From Proteromonas lacertae (Eukaryota), in the NCBI GenBank assembly GCA_002245135.1, contig NGBS01000587.1:62001-126000 (forward strand): a stretch of 64,000 bases of DNA. Direction: 5' to 3'. The translations under genes were made by a program, and so were the position numbers. The first letter of the stretch is position 1; each line of letters starts with the position of its first letter. Below, piece by piece: positions 1 through 12,868 of the stretch. The notes under the pieces were generated by a model. That model had not been told where the DNA came from. It saw nothing but the letters and a program-made list of their open reading frames with translations, and searched no databases.

Positions 1-25
1 GGTATTTCTATTATTATATACATAA

Positions 26-1077
26 TTACTTAATACTATTCTTCATATTAACTTCTTCAGTATTTCTATCTCTAAATACTTCATCAAATACTTCAACCGG
101 TAATGGATAACTTAGAACATTATTAATTATTTTATTCTTTCCTTTTCGTTGTATTGTTTCATAGAATAAGTCTTTTAGTCTTTCATATTCTTCATTGGAT
201 GCTTCTTTTATTCCATCTATTTGTGATATAATATAATATAATATAATACTAAGTGTGACTTTATTCAAAAAACAAACACTTAAATAGTATTTTGTATCTT
301 CATCTTTAACATTTTGAACAATATTTATGTAATCTGAATATGATGATAAATCTGATATTACTGGATATTCATAATATGCTAATTTGTAGAATTCTTTTTT
401 TATTATCACATTTACTGTAATGATTGGCGGTTTGAATATATTACTGTGTTTTAATAGTAAATCAAATACATTCAAATCATTATCTGCATTTTTTAAATCT
501 TTTATTATTGGAATATATTTAGAAAGATAATTTATTTTAGAATTTTCTATATACTCTTCCAATACATTTCCAAGCATTACAAAATCAGTTTTATATTGAA
601 ATAATGGCTTGAGTTTTTTAACTGAATCTAATGGAATATCAAAACCAGATTTTAGAAGTGTATCATTGTTATATATGTAATATTTCCCACTATCTGATAA
701 TTTATACCCATTTGCAGATTGTAGAATGTTATTAGACTTTACAGAAGTGTGACATAAACCACATTCATGTAGAAAATGCAATGCATTTAATACCGGATAT
801 AACCACATCATTAAGTGCTATTAACGAATTATAGAATGATAGTAATACCTCTTCTGTCCTTTCTCTCATTGGAACAGAACTTAGATTTCTATTACATTTT
901 ACTGTAGAATAATATAAATAACTATCGTCTTTAATAGTTCTACAGTACTGATTGAGGTAATCTGTTTCGAAATTCACAATCGAGTATATCTATGGCTATA
1001 TAAAAGTAAAATACATAAAATTCGTTTGGAGTTCTTGTCAGTCCTATTGGAATTATGGTCTTTACATACTCCATCAT
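26..1077 (-). CDS. Divergent protein kinase-like (probable pseudokinase), spliced; may continue past the left edge
   Basis: ATG at 1077. Short GT-AG introns near 992-1014 and 818-848 join ORFs 765..977 and 26..811. Kinase-like motifs LHFLHECGLCHTSVKSNNIL and KLSDSG are present, without canonical HRD/DFG. Confidence 0.55.
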
Positions 1078-1158
1078 TAAAATATTCTTAATACAAAAAC
1101 TATGAAACGGTAATAATTTTCAAAACAAAAAACTAAGTGACATAAATACAAATTTAAC

Positions 1159-2076
1159 TTAAAATAATGGTGTCTGTCCCATATTCAAAGGCACAGTTCT
1201 TTGCATTGTATTATTGTCTTTTGTATAACACAAATTTGACATACTATTTATTGTTGAAGTTTTATCTTTATTCCAGTCTTCCAATAACCTCTGTTTCTTC
1301 ATCTCACATCTATATCTTTCGATACACCCATTCTTCAATGTTCCTCTTTCACACAATTCGGGTGTATTTAATTCAACTTTTTCTGGCTCAAGTCTGATGT
1401 AATTTCTATTCAATATTCCTCCATTACGTTTCATCATATAATCAATTCTTTCATTCTTTTCATTATAACTAGGAGGCCAATTCTAATAATAAATATATTC
1501 AATATTAATCTATACTTTTTGTGTTTTAGATATAAAGCCATGTTGAATTAATGCTGTTGTGCCTGGTGGAGCTGGTTTTAAATGAGCTCTTTGCTCCTTC
1601 ACGGGGATTTCTCTTTGCCATGGTGCAATTACTTTAGCACTATCAGCATTGTATGTAGATGATTGTGAATTGGATGATTTGATGGTACAATTTGGATTAA
1701 GATTGGAATTATAGTTATTTGGATATAGTTTTACTCCTCTTTGTGTGATTTCTGTTCCACATTCTAATAATCTTTCAGGAAAATGTTTCTTTTCTATAAG
1801 AATTGGCTAAATATATATATTATACCTGTTGTTGTATCAGGTGGAAGTTCTTGTTTAACATGCTTCATTCCTCTTGGTTGCCATTCATAATCATAATTAG
1901 GTTTCTATAATAAATGAGACAATTCATACTCTAAAAGATTTTTGTGGTTTATATTCATTTAGAGGACTATTGCAGAATTGAGGGAATCCACCTTCACCAA
2001 AAGCGGATCTTTGTGTAAGATGAACTTTCTGTGTATAATGAATACCTGGCGTTGAATGTTCTATTGTGTAAGGCAT
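1159..2076 (-). CDS. Hypothetical protein (MPYTIEHSTPGIHYTQKVHLTQRSAFGEGGFPQF...), about 3 short introns
   Basis: The frame is continuous after removing AT-rich GT-AG introns near 1906-1930, 1795-1826 and 1483-1515, and joins ORF 1159..1437. No family recognised. Confidence 0.6.
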
Positions 2077-2168
2077 TAAAAATGAGAAATAAAGAAAAAA
2101 ACGGTCTCAAACAAGTGTCAAACCTACATAAACAATGAAAAATTAAAAATCAAAGTTAAATTAACTCT

Positions 2169-5100
2169 TTAATTATACATTGTGATAACATTAGTTTGAT
2201 TACCTCTTATTAATACACAAGGAGGCTTAATATTTGATAAAACATACAACAATATCAGATATAGAGCTGGATCTTGCTGTATTTTAGGAATAGTCATTGA
2301 AATAAATACTAAAGCTGCATCTTTAGATTCAGAAGCAATAACTTCGCCTATATCAATTTTCTTCTGAATTTCATGTTCATACTCATCAATCCTCTTATAA
2401 CTCTCCCAAATCCATTTATATTTATGATAACAACTCTCAGGAGGTTTTTTCCCTTCAGTTTCACTACCAGAATCCTTCTTTGTATCACCATCATTATCTT
2501 CATTTCCACTCGATTCTTTACTATTTGTACTATCTGTTCTAAAGAAGGATGATATATTACAATGGTGCTTTTTGGGTACATATTCAACAGGTGATACTTC
2601 AGCATCAATTCTTAATTTCTTTAATAAATTATTCATTTGTCCAATTTGTTTGATTGATTTTTGATGTGCAACTAATAATTTGATTCTTAACCTAGAATGT
2701 TGATATTCTTTGGATAATGTAAGAATATAAGGTATCAATTAAATCAGAAATTAAAGAAAATATAAATATTATAATATATATAAAAGGATATTACTGTAAA
2801 ACCACCATCATCAGCTAACCACCATATATCAATATAACTAGTCTTTTGAACAATATATACATTGGGAGATACTGGAGAGATTTCATCTTCATCTAAATCT
2901 AACTCCGTATCACTCGTAATTGCATTTGATTCATCCACAGAATTTGATTGGTTTATTGTACATTTTGAATTTGGTAACATCTTCGAATAACTGTTCTTTA
3001 AACATGCAAAATGATTACTTCCTCTAATCAACATAACACAACAATATAAATCAAATGCATCTTCAATCATACCAAAGTAATTCTCCACTATGTCACTGTT
3101 GATTTTTAATAAATCAGGTAAATCTTCAAGGAATTTTAATACCAAAGTATTTGGACGAATATTGGGATATCCTGATGATTGTAATAGAGATAATGAACCT
3201 TCACGCATTCTATATAATAATAATAATAATAATATTTAAATAAATAAATATACGATTTTGCAGCAACAGGAACATATACAGCTTTTATTCTATTCTGTTG
3301 TAATATCTTCTTCTTTCGATGTTCTAAAATGTTTCTTTTATTTATTTCTAATCGTGTACTGGTATGAATTTCAGGGAAGTATAAATCTCTTACTGATCCA
3401 ATATGAACCTCACCAACTACTACAATTCCATTACCTTTTCTTAATGCACGAATGAAGTATAATATATTCAAAGATTCTTCTACTGTTGGATCACATACGA
3501 TTAAATATTGTGGTCTATATACTTTGATATTACTAGCACTCTATATATATATAATATATAAATGAAATAGGATATACAATATTTGCTACATTTTCTATTG
3601 CACTTTTGGCTCTATTTATATAATAATTATTTTTATATACAATCTATATTTATATCCTTCTGATGAAGTTCCAAATTCCTGTGAATGAGTTCCTAACCTT
3701 TTTAATATCAAATAAACAGCTCCAGCTACAAGTAACACAATTATGCCAATTACAAAATTAATCAATAAAATAACCACTATACATCCAATAGAAGCCAGTA
3801 AACTCAAATATTGATTGTAATATTTAAAAGATGGTCTCCAACCAGGACTTTTACTAAAAGACGCAGAAAAACATGCAAAATTAGTAATAGCATAAACAGT
3901 AAGTAAAGTAATAGAAACAAAAGACGATAATATATTGATATTACTAAATGGAATAATAATCATTCCAATTATTGTTGTTACAATATGAGCTAAGATAGGT
4001 ACGTTGTTTTTATTGACTTTTTCAAAGTAATGTAATAACCAAAACAATCTATCTTTACCCATCGCTTGTAACAGACGTGGAGCACCTTCTAGATTATTGT
4101 GAGCTGTAGCTAAAGCTGTTGCAAATGTGGCTAAATAGGATAACCATGGAACTGCTGAGATATGAGCAAATATGAATGTGTCATATAATAATCCATATAC
4201 TTTACCATCACTACCAAAACTGACACTTACAGAAAGATAGTTAAAGAAAAAAACAATAATAAAAATAATAAATAAAAAAGGATATGATTACATGTAAAAG
4301 ATAAAATCATACATACTAAAAAATATACAATAAAACATGTGATGATTGACAAAAAACTACCTTTCGGTAATGTTTCAGATGGATTCTTCAAACAACCACT
4401 AAAATTTGGTCCTGTCATAATACCAGTAGCAGCAGGAAAGAACCAAGCCACAGCTTGAATATAAGAAGTTTCAGTAAATTTCCCAATAAATGGATCATCT
4501 ACTGAAATGTTACTCATTCCTTTCCAATCAGATTCTAAATTGTCTGTAATATTATGATAACCGTGAAATCCATATTGTTTTGTTTGATCTGTTGGGTTTA
4601 AGAATGTACCAATAAAGAAGGAAGACAATCCTAAGATCGTGAATAAGATATATATATATTGCAACTTTACGAAAAACTTCCTTCCTAAAATTGATAGGAA
4701 TAAAAAAATAAATAAGATAATGTAAGAGATTAATAAGTAATCACCATCGTGGCTGATTATTTCAAAATCATACTATATAATAATAATAATAACAAATAAT
4801 AAATACTAAAATAAATATTTGTAAACTAATTCCAACTATATTTAAACAACCTGAAAATATATTGGCAAAATAAAAAAGAATTCCAATTGCACCACCAAAT
4901 TCTGGTCCTAATTCTCTACTGGTAAGGAAATACGCTCCTCCTACTTCAATCTATTCAATAATAATAAAGTAAAAATATATATATATATATAATATACTTG
5001 ACCGTTTGTAACCATAGCAGACATTGAAATTGTAGTTAAAAATGTGATTGAATAACTTAATACTATAATTGATATCATTTTGTATAGACCACTGTAACCG

Positions 5101-5572
5101 ACTAGAATACCACATCTTAAAAATAAAACAATATTGAAGAGGTAAAAAAATAATAGAATTATGAAAACTATAATATCTATTGTTTGAATGTAATACAAGG
5201 GGAAAAAAAGATATATTAAGTACACATCTCAAATACACTCCTCCAAACCAATGAATTGTTCTTCTTCTGTCATCATCATCGATATATTCCTCATCAACTG
5301 ATTTCCTTCTCTTATTCTGCTTTGCTTTAATATCCTAATTCCTTATATTACTCAAAAATACCATTTCTTCTTTGTTTTGGTCAGGTTGTACAAATATTGA
5401 AGTAACTTGATAATCTCTTTTTTGTCTTAAATCCTAGCATATCATACAACAATAGCAATACTTGCAACGTTGGCCTATTAGCTTCTTTTCCCTTCTTATA
5501 AGTCTTCGGTGTTGGAAGTGTCTCCAAATAGTCGATATTAGGTATCAAATTGATGCTGTCATTCCTAGACAT
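2169..5572 (-). CDS. SLC12 cation-chloride cotransporter (NKCC/KCC/CCC1-like), multi-exon, with apparent local sequence errors
   Basis: Family motifs include [75 protein letters not shown] and [15 protein letters not shown]. Confidence 0.9.
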
Positions 5573-5703
5573 TGTTTCTATTTAATTTTAGAAATAGATT
5601 AAATCTAAAATTTAGAAAAACAATATCTTTCTTTAAAATACCCAAAACATATGTTCAAGGATCTTTTCAAAATGAAACGGAATTAATTTTGGAATAAGAA
5701 ATA

Positions 5704-6787
5704 ATGGCTCATTTGTATTACAGTGTGTATATTTTCCTAGCACAAAAGCTGGTCTGTACTCAATTACAATATATGTTGCCTTATGGACTTTGTATAACTT
5801 AGTAGCAAAACAAGCTTATTTAAAGGAAGATAAAAAAGATCTTCCATATAACAAATTGAGTTTAGTTCTTTTTACAGAAATAGCCAAGTGTGTAATGGGT
5901 ACCATTTATTTCATATTCTTTGAATCGTATTATTGATATTTACCTTTGCTAAATAGAGACTCCGCTGGACAAGTAGAAAAACCAATGGCTCGTGCAACAA
6001 GATTAATTAAATTATTTCCCCAAGGATTGTTTTTAGCAGTTGCTGGTATTAATTAAGTAATATATACTTTCTAGCTATTATATATCTTGTATACAACTAT
6101 ATGCAGTATGTAACAATAAAAATATTCGATCCAGCAACAGCAACAACATTGTTGAATATCAAAGTGTTGTTTACTGGTGTATTAATTCAATTGTTCTTTT
6201 CAAAACGATTAACTAAATTGCAGTGGGGTGCTCTCTGCTTATTATTATTCGGTTGTGTTGTAGCACAAGGTCAAGGATCTTTAAAAATCACAGAAACACT
6301 TGGATTAATCTACATCTTAATTCAAGCTTTTTGCTCAAGCTTAGGTGGTGTATATTTCCAATGGACGTTACAGCGTAAGGAAGTATTGAAATTTGGTTTA
6401 TGGGAAAAGAATATTTGGTTATATTTCTGGGGAACTGTTGTAAATTTGATATATTCAGCTGTAATGGCAAGAGAAATATTTACTTATGAACATACAATGT
6501 TATATGATAGATATACACTGTATATGGTATTATGTAATAGTTTTGCTGGATTTTCTACTTCATTTTTGTTAAAGTACTTGGATGCTGTTATGAAAGAGTA
6601 TGCTAATGCTATTACAATGGCAACCACAGCAATAATGCAATCAATCTTGTTGGGATTACCATTTTATATAAGTTTATTAATTGGTATTGTAATAGTCACA
6701 GTATCTTTGTTGTTGTATCAAAGAGAAGAAAATGTAGTTGAATATAAAGAAATATCTAAGGTAGATGAAAAACAAGAAGATGTTTAA
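5704..6787 (+). CDS. Nucleotide-sugar transporter (SLC35A / CMP-sialic acid or UDP-Gal transporter-like), spliced 5' part
   Basis: Multi-TM protein with TEIAKC, DPAT..LLNIKVLFTG, SKRLTKLQWGAL and LLKYLDAVMK motifs. Three short introns lie before ORF 6101..6787. Confidence 0.85.
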
Positions 6788-6822
6788 TTTAGATAATTCT
6801 AATGAATATATATTATGATTAA

Positions 6823-6830
6823 TGTTTGTT
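6823..6830 (+). terminator. TGTTTGTT putative 3'-end/polyadenylation element
   Basis: Exact motif about 35 nt after the transporter stop. The same motif marks poly(A) sites in Blastocystis. Confidence 0.5.
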
Positions 6831-6894
6831 TATTATAAAGATCTATATATTTAAATGTCATTTTCTAATATTAATAAAATTATATTAATAACGA

Positions 6895-7030
6895 TATTTG
6901 AAGATGAAGAAATAGAGATAATAAGTGAAAAGGGATTAATAATGTTAATTGAAAGATTATAAAATATTATAAATAGTTAAAAATACTGAATCTGTCAAGA
7001 AATAAATTGAATGAAAGAGAACTTATTTTT
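6895..7030 (+). pseudogene. Degenerate LRR relic of the pseudokinase-LRR family
   Basis: Reads EDEEIEII-SEKGLIMLIERL* ... NLSRNKLNERELI, matching SEKGLEMLIERL...GNELNERELI at 24.4-24.5 kb and SEKGLKILIEK at 13.1 kb. Contains a stop and a frameshift. Confidence 0.65.
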
Positions 7031-7209
7031 TGTTTTTTATGTTTCATCAATAACAGTAAAAGAAAATATAAATTTAAGATAATTTTTAGAAATTTTATAG
7101 TGTTGAATAACTATATTATTATTATTGATATTTTGTTATTTCTTTCATTTATTCTACTAGAAAACACAATTCTATTCAAAAATAATTATTTTCAGAGTCA
7201 TTTAATTAT

Positions 7210-9049
<1,840 letters not shown>

Positions 9050-9300
9050 TTTAAAGTTGATTCTAAAAGAGCTGAAAGATGATTGGACAAAATCAACTTT
9101 CTAGAAGATTTTTTGAAACGATCATAATTTCAATAGCTTTTGGGTTTCTTATTTTCTTTGTTTATTTAAAGACCAAAATACAAATTTATTAAAAATTATA
9201 ATAATAACTACCTTTTTTTATTAACATATTAAAAATCTTATTTTTATTAATCTTATATATTTCTTTATAATTTATTTATTTATTTCTTTTTTATTATTAT

Positions 9301-10308
9301 TTATTTTGGAACTATTGGAGGTGGAAGATGTAAGTATTCATAAACGATATAAGAAGCTTTGTGACGAATTGATCTAGTATACTTTCTCCAAACTGCATTC
9401 AAATTAGTACTACCTTTTCTTATACATTCTTCTATTTCTTCAGCACATTCTTTCACATCTTCAGCAGTGTAATGTGTATATTCGACTAGTGTGGCATTCC
9501 ATTCTTCTAATCTTTCATATCTGTTAGCTAAATATAAACAAGCTGCAGCTAATTTGGAAGGTAAGTATTTAAGCAATGAATATTCTTGTTGTGTCCTTTC
9601 TGCTATGAATTTCACTACACTTTCATATTCTTCAGATTGATGAGCTGCTTTTAAATAACGAGTTAAAAATCTGAAAAGTGAGGCGATTGTTAAGTCAAAT
9701 CCTAAAACATTACACATGTGTCCTTCCATTTTCTTTATATCTTCTCTTGAATATGATTTATCTGTGATATAAACAAAATCTCTAATTTCTGGGAAGTATA
9801 TTTCTTCATATTTTGATGCAATTAACATTGCTGTTACACCTACTAATTGTAATTTCTTTCTTTCAATCTGTTCTTTTTCTAAAAATCGATCTATGTAATT
9901 CACGGTTAGGTAAAATGTTTCTGGTTGTAATTTGAATTTATAATGAACATCTACAAGCCAATCTATAAGGACAGCTCTCATTTTTTTATTAATTTCTTTT
10001 TGATACATCATATATTCCGGATTAGGGCAAAACTTTGATTCTACTTCTGAGTAGTAATTGTAGATTGATGTGGCATATTCAGGACAGAGTAATGGTTGAC
10101 CAATATCAGCTTTATCCAAATCTGTCATTGGTGTTGATTCTATTGCAGGTCGTCCTACGAACTGTGATGGTTTTTTATCTGCTTTTTTACCAATTTGATC
10201 TGTTAATCTCACATTTGAAATATCTCCAAGAACTGTTCTTGGCGCTGTGTTCTTACGACTAATAATAGGTTTCTGAGATGGTAATTGTCTACGAGAAGCG
10301 ATGTACAT
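9301..10308 (-). CDS. B-type mitotic cyclin, intronless
   Basis: Destruction box RTVLGDISN; cyclin box MRAVLIDWLVDVH; LQLVGVTAMLIASKYEEI. Confidence 0.92.
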   Translation of the reverse strand: MYIASRRQLPSQKPIISRKNTAPRTVLGDISNVRLTDQIGKKADKKPSQFVGRPAIESTPMTDLDKADIGQPLLCPEYATSIYNYYSEVESKFCPNPEYMMYQKEINKKMRAVLIDWLVDVHYKFKLQPETFYLTVNYIDRFLEKEQIERKKLQLVGVTAMLIASKYEEIYFPEIRDFVYITDKSYSREDIKKMEGHMCNVLGFDLTIASLFRFLTRYLKAAHQSEEYESVVKFIAERTQQEYSLLKYLPSKLAAACLYLANRYERLEEWNATLVEYTHYTAEDVKECAEEIEECIRKGSTNLNAVWRKYTRSIRHKASYIVYEYLHLPPPIVPK

Positions 10309-10339
10309 GATTAAAAAATGAAATTAAAAAATGAAGTTA

Positions 10340-10400
10340 TTTTGAAAATTCAAACTGTCATATTTACAAACTGTCATTTTTCATCAACTGTGTGTAACGG
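10340..10400. promoter_or_regulatory. Cyclin upstream cluster: TTTGAA/TTCAAA (CHR-like), 2x CAAACTGTCAT, CAACTG and TAACGG (MYB/MSA-like)
   Basis: Direct repeat at 10351-10361 and 10367-10377; CAACTG at 10385-10390; TAACGG at 10395-10400. All lie within about 95 nt of the cyclin ATG. Confidence 0.5.
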
Positions 10401-10469
10401 ACGATAATAACAACCACAAAATATATATAAAAATAATAATCTGAATAAGAAGAAAATAATAAGAGAAAG

Positions 10470-11892
10470 TTATTTAGCAGCATCTCGGCCCTTTAAAGAT
10501 AAATCCTTTGCACAGGTCCAAACTCGGCATGTATTATCTTTAGAGCCAGTGATGATTGTATCTCCTTCATAATTAAATGCACAACTGAAAATTTCATCAT
10601 TATGACCATCTAATGTTTGTAAACAATCTCCTGTCTCACTATCCCATATTCTAGCAGTTAAATCAGAACTAGCAGTCAATACACGAGTACCTTGTGGATT
10701 AAAACATATCTATTTAAAATAAAATGAATAATTAAAAATAAAAAATACTTTTGATATTTCATCACTATGTCCCATCAATATTGAGGTACAATTAAAAGTA
10801 GCAGTATTATATATTCTAGCACTAGCATCTGCAGAACATGAAGCAAATTTAGAACCAGTTGAGTTGAAACAGACATCTAATATTTCATCATTATGTCCTC
10901 TCACCGTCTTAACACATTGTCCTTGAGCTATATCCCACACTTTAACAGTTCTATCAATAGAACCACTAATACATAAGTCACCAGCATAATTGAATTGAGT
11001 TGCACAAATTTCAGCATTATGACCACATAGTGTATGTATGCATCTACCACTCTTAATATCCCAAACCTTTAACGAATGATCAAACGAACCAGTCACTACT
11101 TTATCACCAACAGTATTAAAATGCAAACTGACAATTTCTGCAGAATGACCTAATAGTTTATGTATTTCTTGTCCTGTTTCTACATCCCATACAATAGCAG
11201 TGTGATCCATTGAACCTGTTACAAATACACGTCCTTTTGGATCGAAGGATATACAGACAATTTCAGTTTCATGTCCACTATAAGTGTGATATAATGTACC
11301 TGTATTAGCATCCCATAATTTAGCTGTTTTATCGAAACTTCCTGTTACGATTTTGTCACCGTATGGATTATTGAAAGATATAGCGTATACTACGTTCTTA
11401 TGACCTGTGAGACATAATAATTCATCTCCTGTGTAGGTATTCCATACTTTACAAGTTCGATCATAACTGCCTGTTATGAATCTATAAGAAAATATATTAA
11501 TATATAGATATAGATACTTATCTCCTGATTTATTAAAGGCACAGTTAGTTAAAGGAAGGATGTGAGCTCTTAAGATCTTGTGAAGATAGAAGTTACAATT
11601 ATCTTTTACTTTCAGTTTGTCAATAAGTACTATAATTATAATATAATTAACTATACATTTCACTAATTTCTTGATTTTTGGTTTTAAAGCCTCTCCTATC
11701 ATTGGTTCTTCATAAATAATTTGGTTAGCAGTTGATTCCAAGTCACTCCTACATAATATTATTCCATTTACTATACTCTGGTGATAAATTTAGAAGATCT
11801 ATAGACTTCTGTCCTTCTGTACCGTCACTACGACGATATTCCAATATTATTCCTGGAGGGTAGTAACGTAATAAAAATCTTTTTAATTTCAT
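10470..11892 (-). CDS. DAW1: Dynein assembly factor with WD repeats 1 (ODA16/WDR69)
   Basis: Diagnostic N-terminus [19 protein letters not shown], then [50 protein letters not shown] and further WD40 repeats. Introns at 11749-11776, 11630-11656, 11482-11517 and 10710-10748. Confidence 0.95.
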
Positions 11893-11984
11893 TCAAATAA
11901 AAGCAATTAACGAAAATTAGTTTTTAAAAAACCTCAAATAAAACTCGGCTTGGTGTATTTTGGTGTATTACTAAATTCTAACAC

Positions 11985-11992
11985 AACAAACA
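11985..11992 (-). terminator. TGTTTGTT putative 3'-end element
   Basis: AACAAACA on the plus strand, about 75 nt downstream of the Hsp70-like stop. Confidence 0.4.
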
Positions 11993-12065
11993 CTGAATTA
12001 CATTATAGTATAGTGTATATGAATTTATATATAAGTTAATAAGTTCTTGTAGATAGATTAATTTC

Positions 12066-12585
12066 TTAATCTAGAGTTTCTTCTGTTTGTAAATCTTTTG
12101 CTTTTAACTTTAACAATCCATTTTTATCTATATTAACTGTACATTTTATTTTATATTTAACTGCTCTATTATTTGGATGATTTTTATCAATATGAAATGG
12201 TTTTGATATTAATTCTTTTTTATCTTCACCTTCATAAAGTATAAAGTCCATACATTCCTGATTATCTTCATAAGTACCAAATATTACAACTGGTGGGTTT
12301 GCAAGCGGAATAGAAGTGTTTTTCTTAATAAATTCTTCATAACCATTTACTCCATTGGTAATCACATCTGTAAATATACTATATGATACTACATCACATA
12401 CTGTAAATTGTAAATCTTTCGCATTTGCATATAGTGTTGCTCCTTCAGCTACTACTTCATTTGGATTAATATCCAAACATATCTTAGTCGATGTAAATTT
12501 ATCAATTAGTAATTCTTGAATTTTCTTTATTCTACTTGATCCACCTACTAATACAACTCTATCAATATATGATTCTTCTAAATTT
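12066..12585 (-). pseudogene. 5'-truncated divergent Hsp70-like fragment (end of ATPase domain plus beta substrate-binding part, no lid)
   Basis: Reads IDRVVLVGGSSRIKKIQELL...DINPNEVVAEGATLYA...FGTYEDNQ...LYEGE...IDKNGLLKLKAKD. There is an in-frame TAA just upstream and no recognisable N-terminal Hsp70 exons. Confidence 0.7.
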
Positions 12586-12868
12586 TAATGTCTTGAAATA
12601 AATATAATGATTCATTGATCAATTTCACTAAGCCTTCACAATTTCTTGAAGATCTGCTTAATATTCACCATACACCTTAATTATTTGATATTCTATCATT
12701 AAATAATATGTTTTGTAAGTTTATAATACATATTTTTGTCTCTATTGAGAGAAAAGTGAAAAAAGCTTGAGAAAGAAAGCTTGATCAAATTTAAAAATAG
12801 AATTTATTATGAAGAATATAAACAAAATTACACTATCAAATACATAATAAGTATAATTGAACAGTTAA

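Noticed and set aside
2739..2794. SLC12 intron lacking an AG acceptor (possible non-canonical intron)
   Set aside because: The same gene shows other local indels, so sequence error is more parsimonious.
11950..11969. TTGGTGTATT direct repeat upstream of DAW1 as a ciliary-gene element
   Set aside because: Not seen upstream of other genes in the window, so there is too little support.
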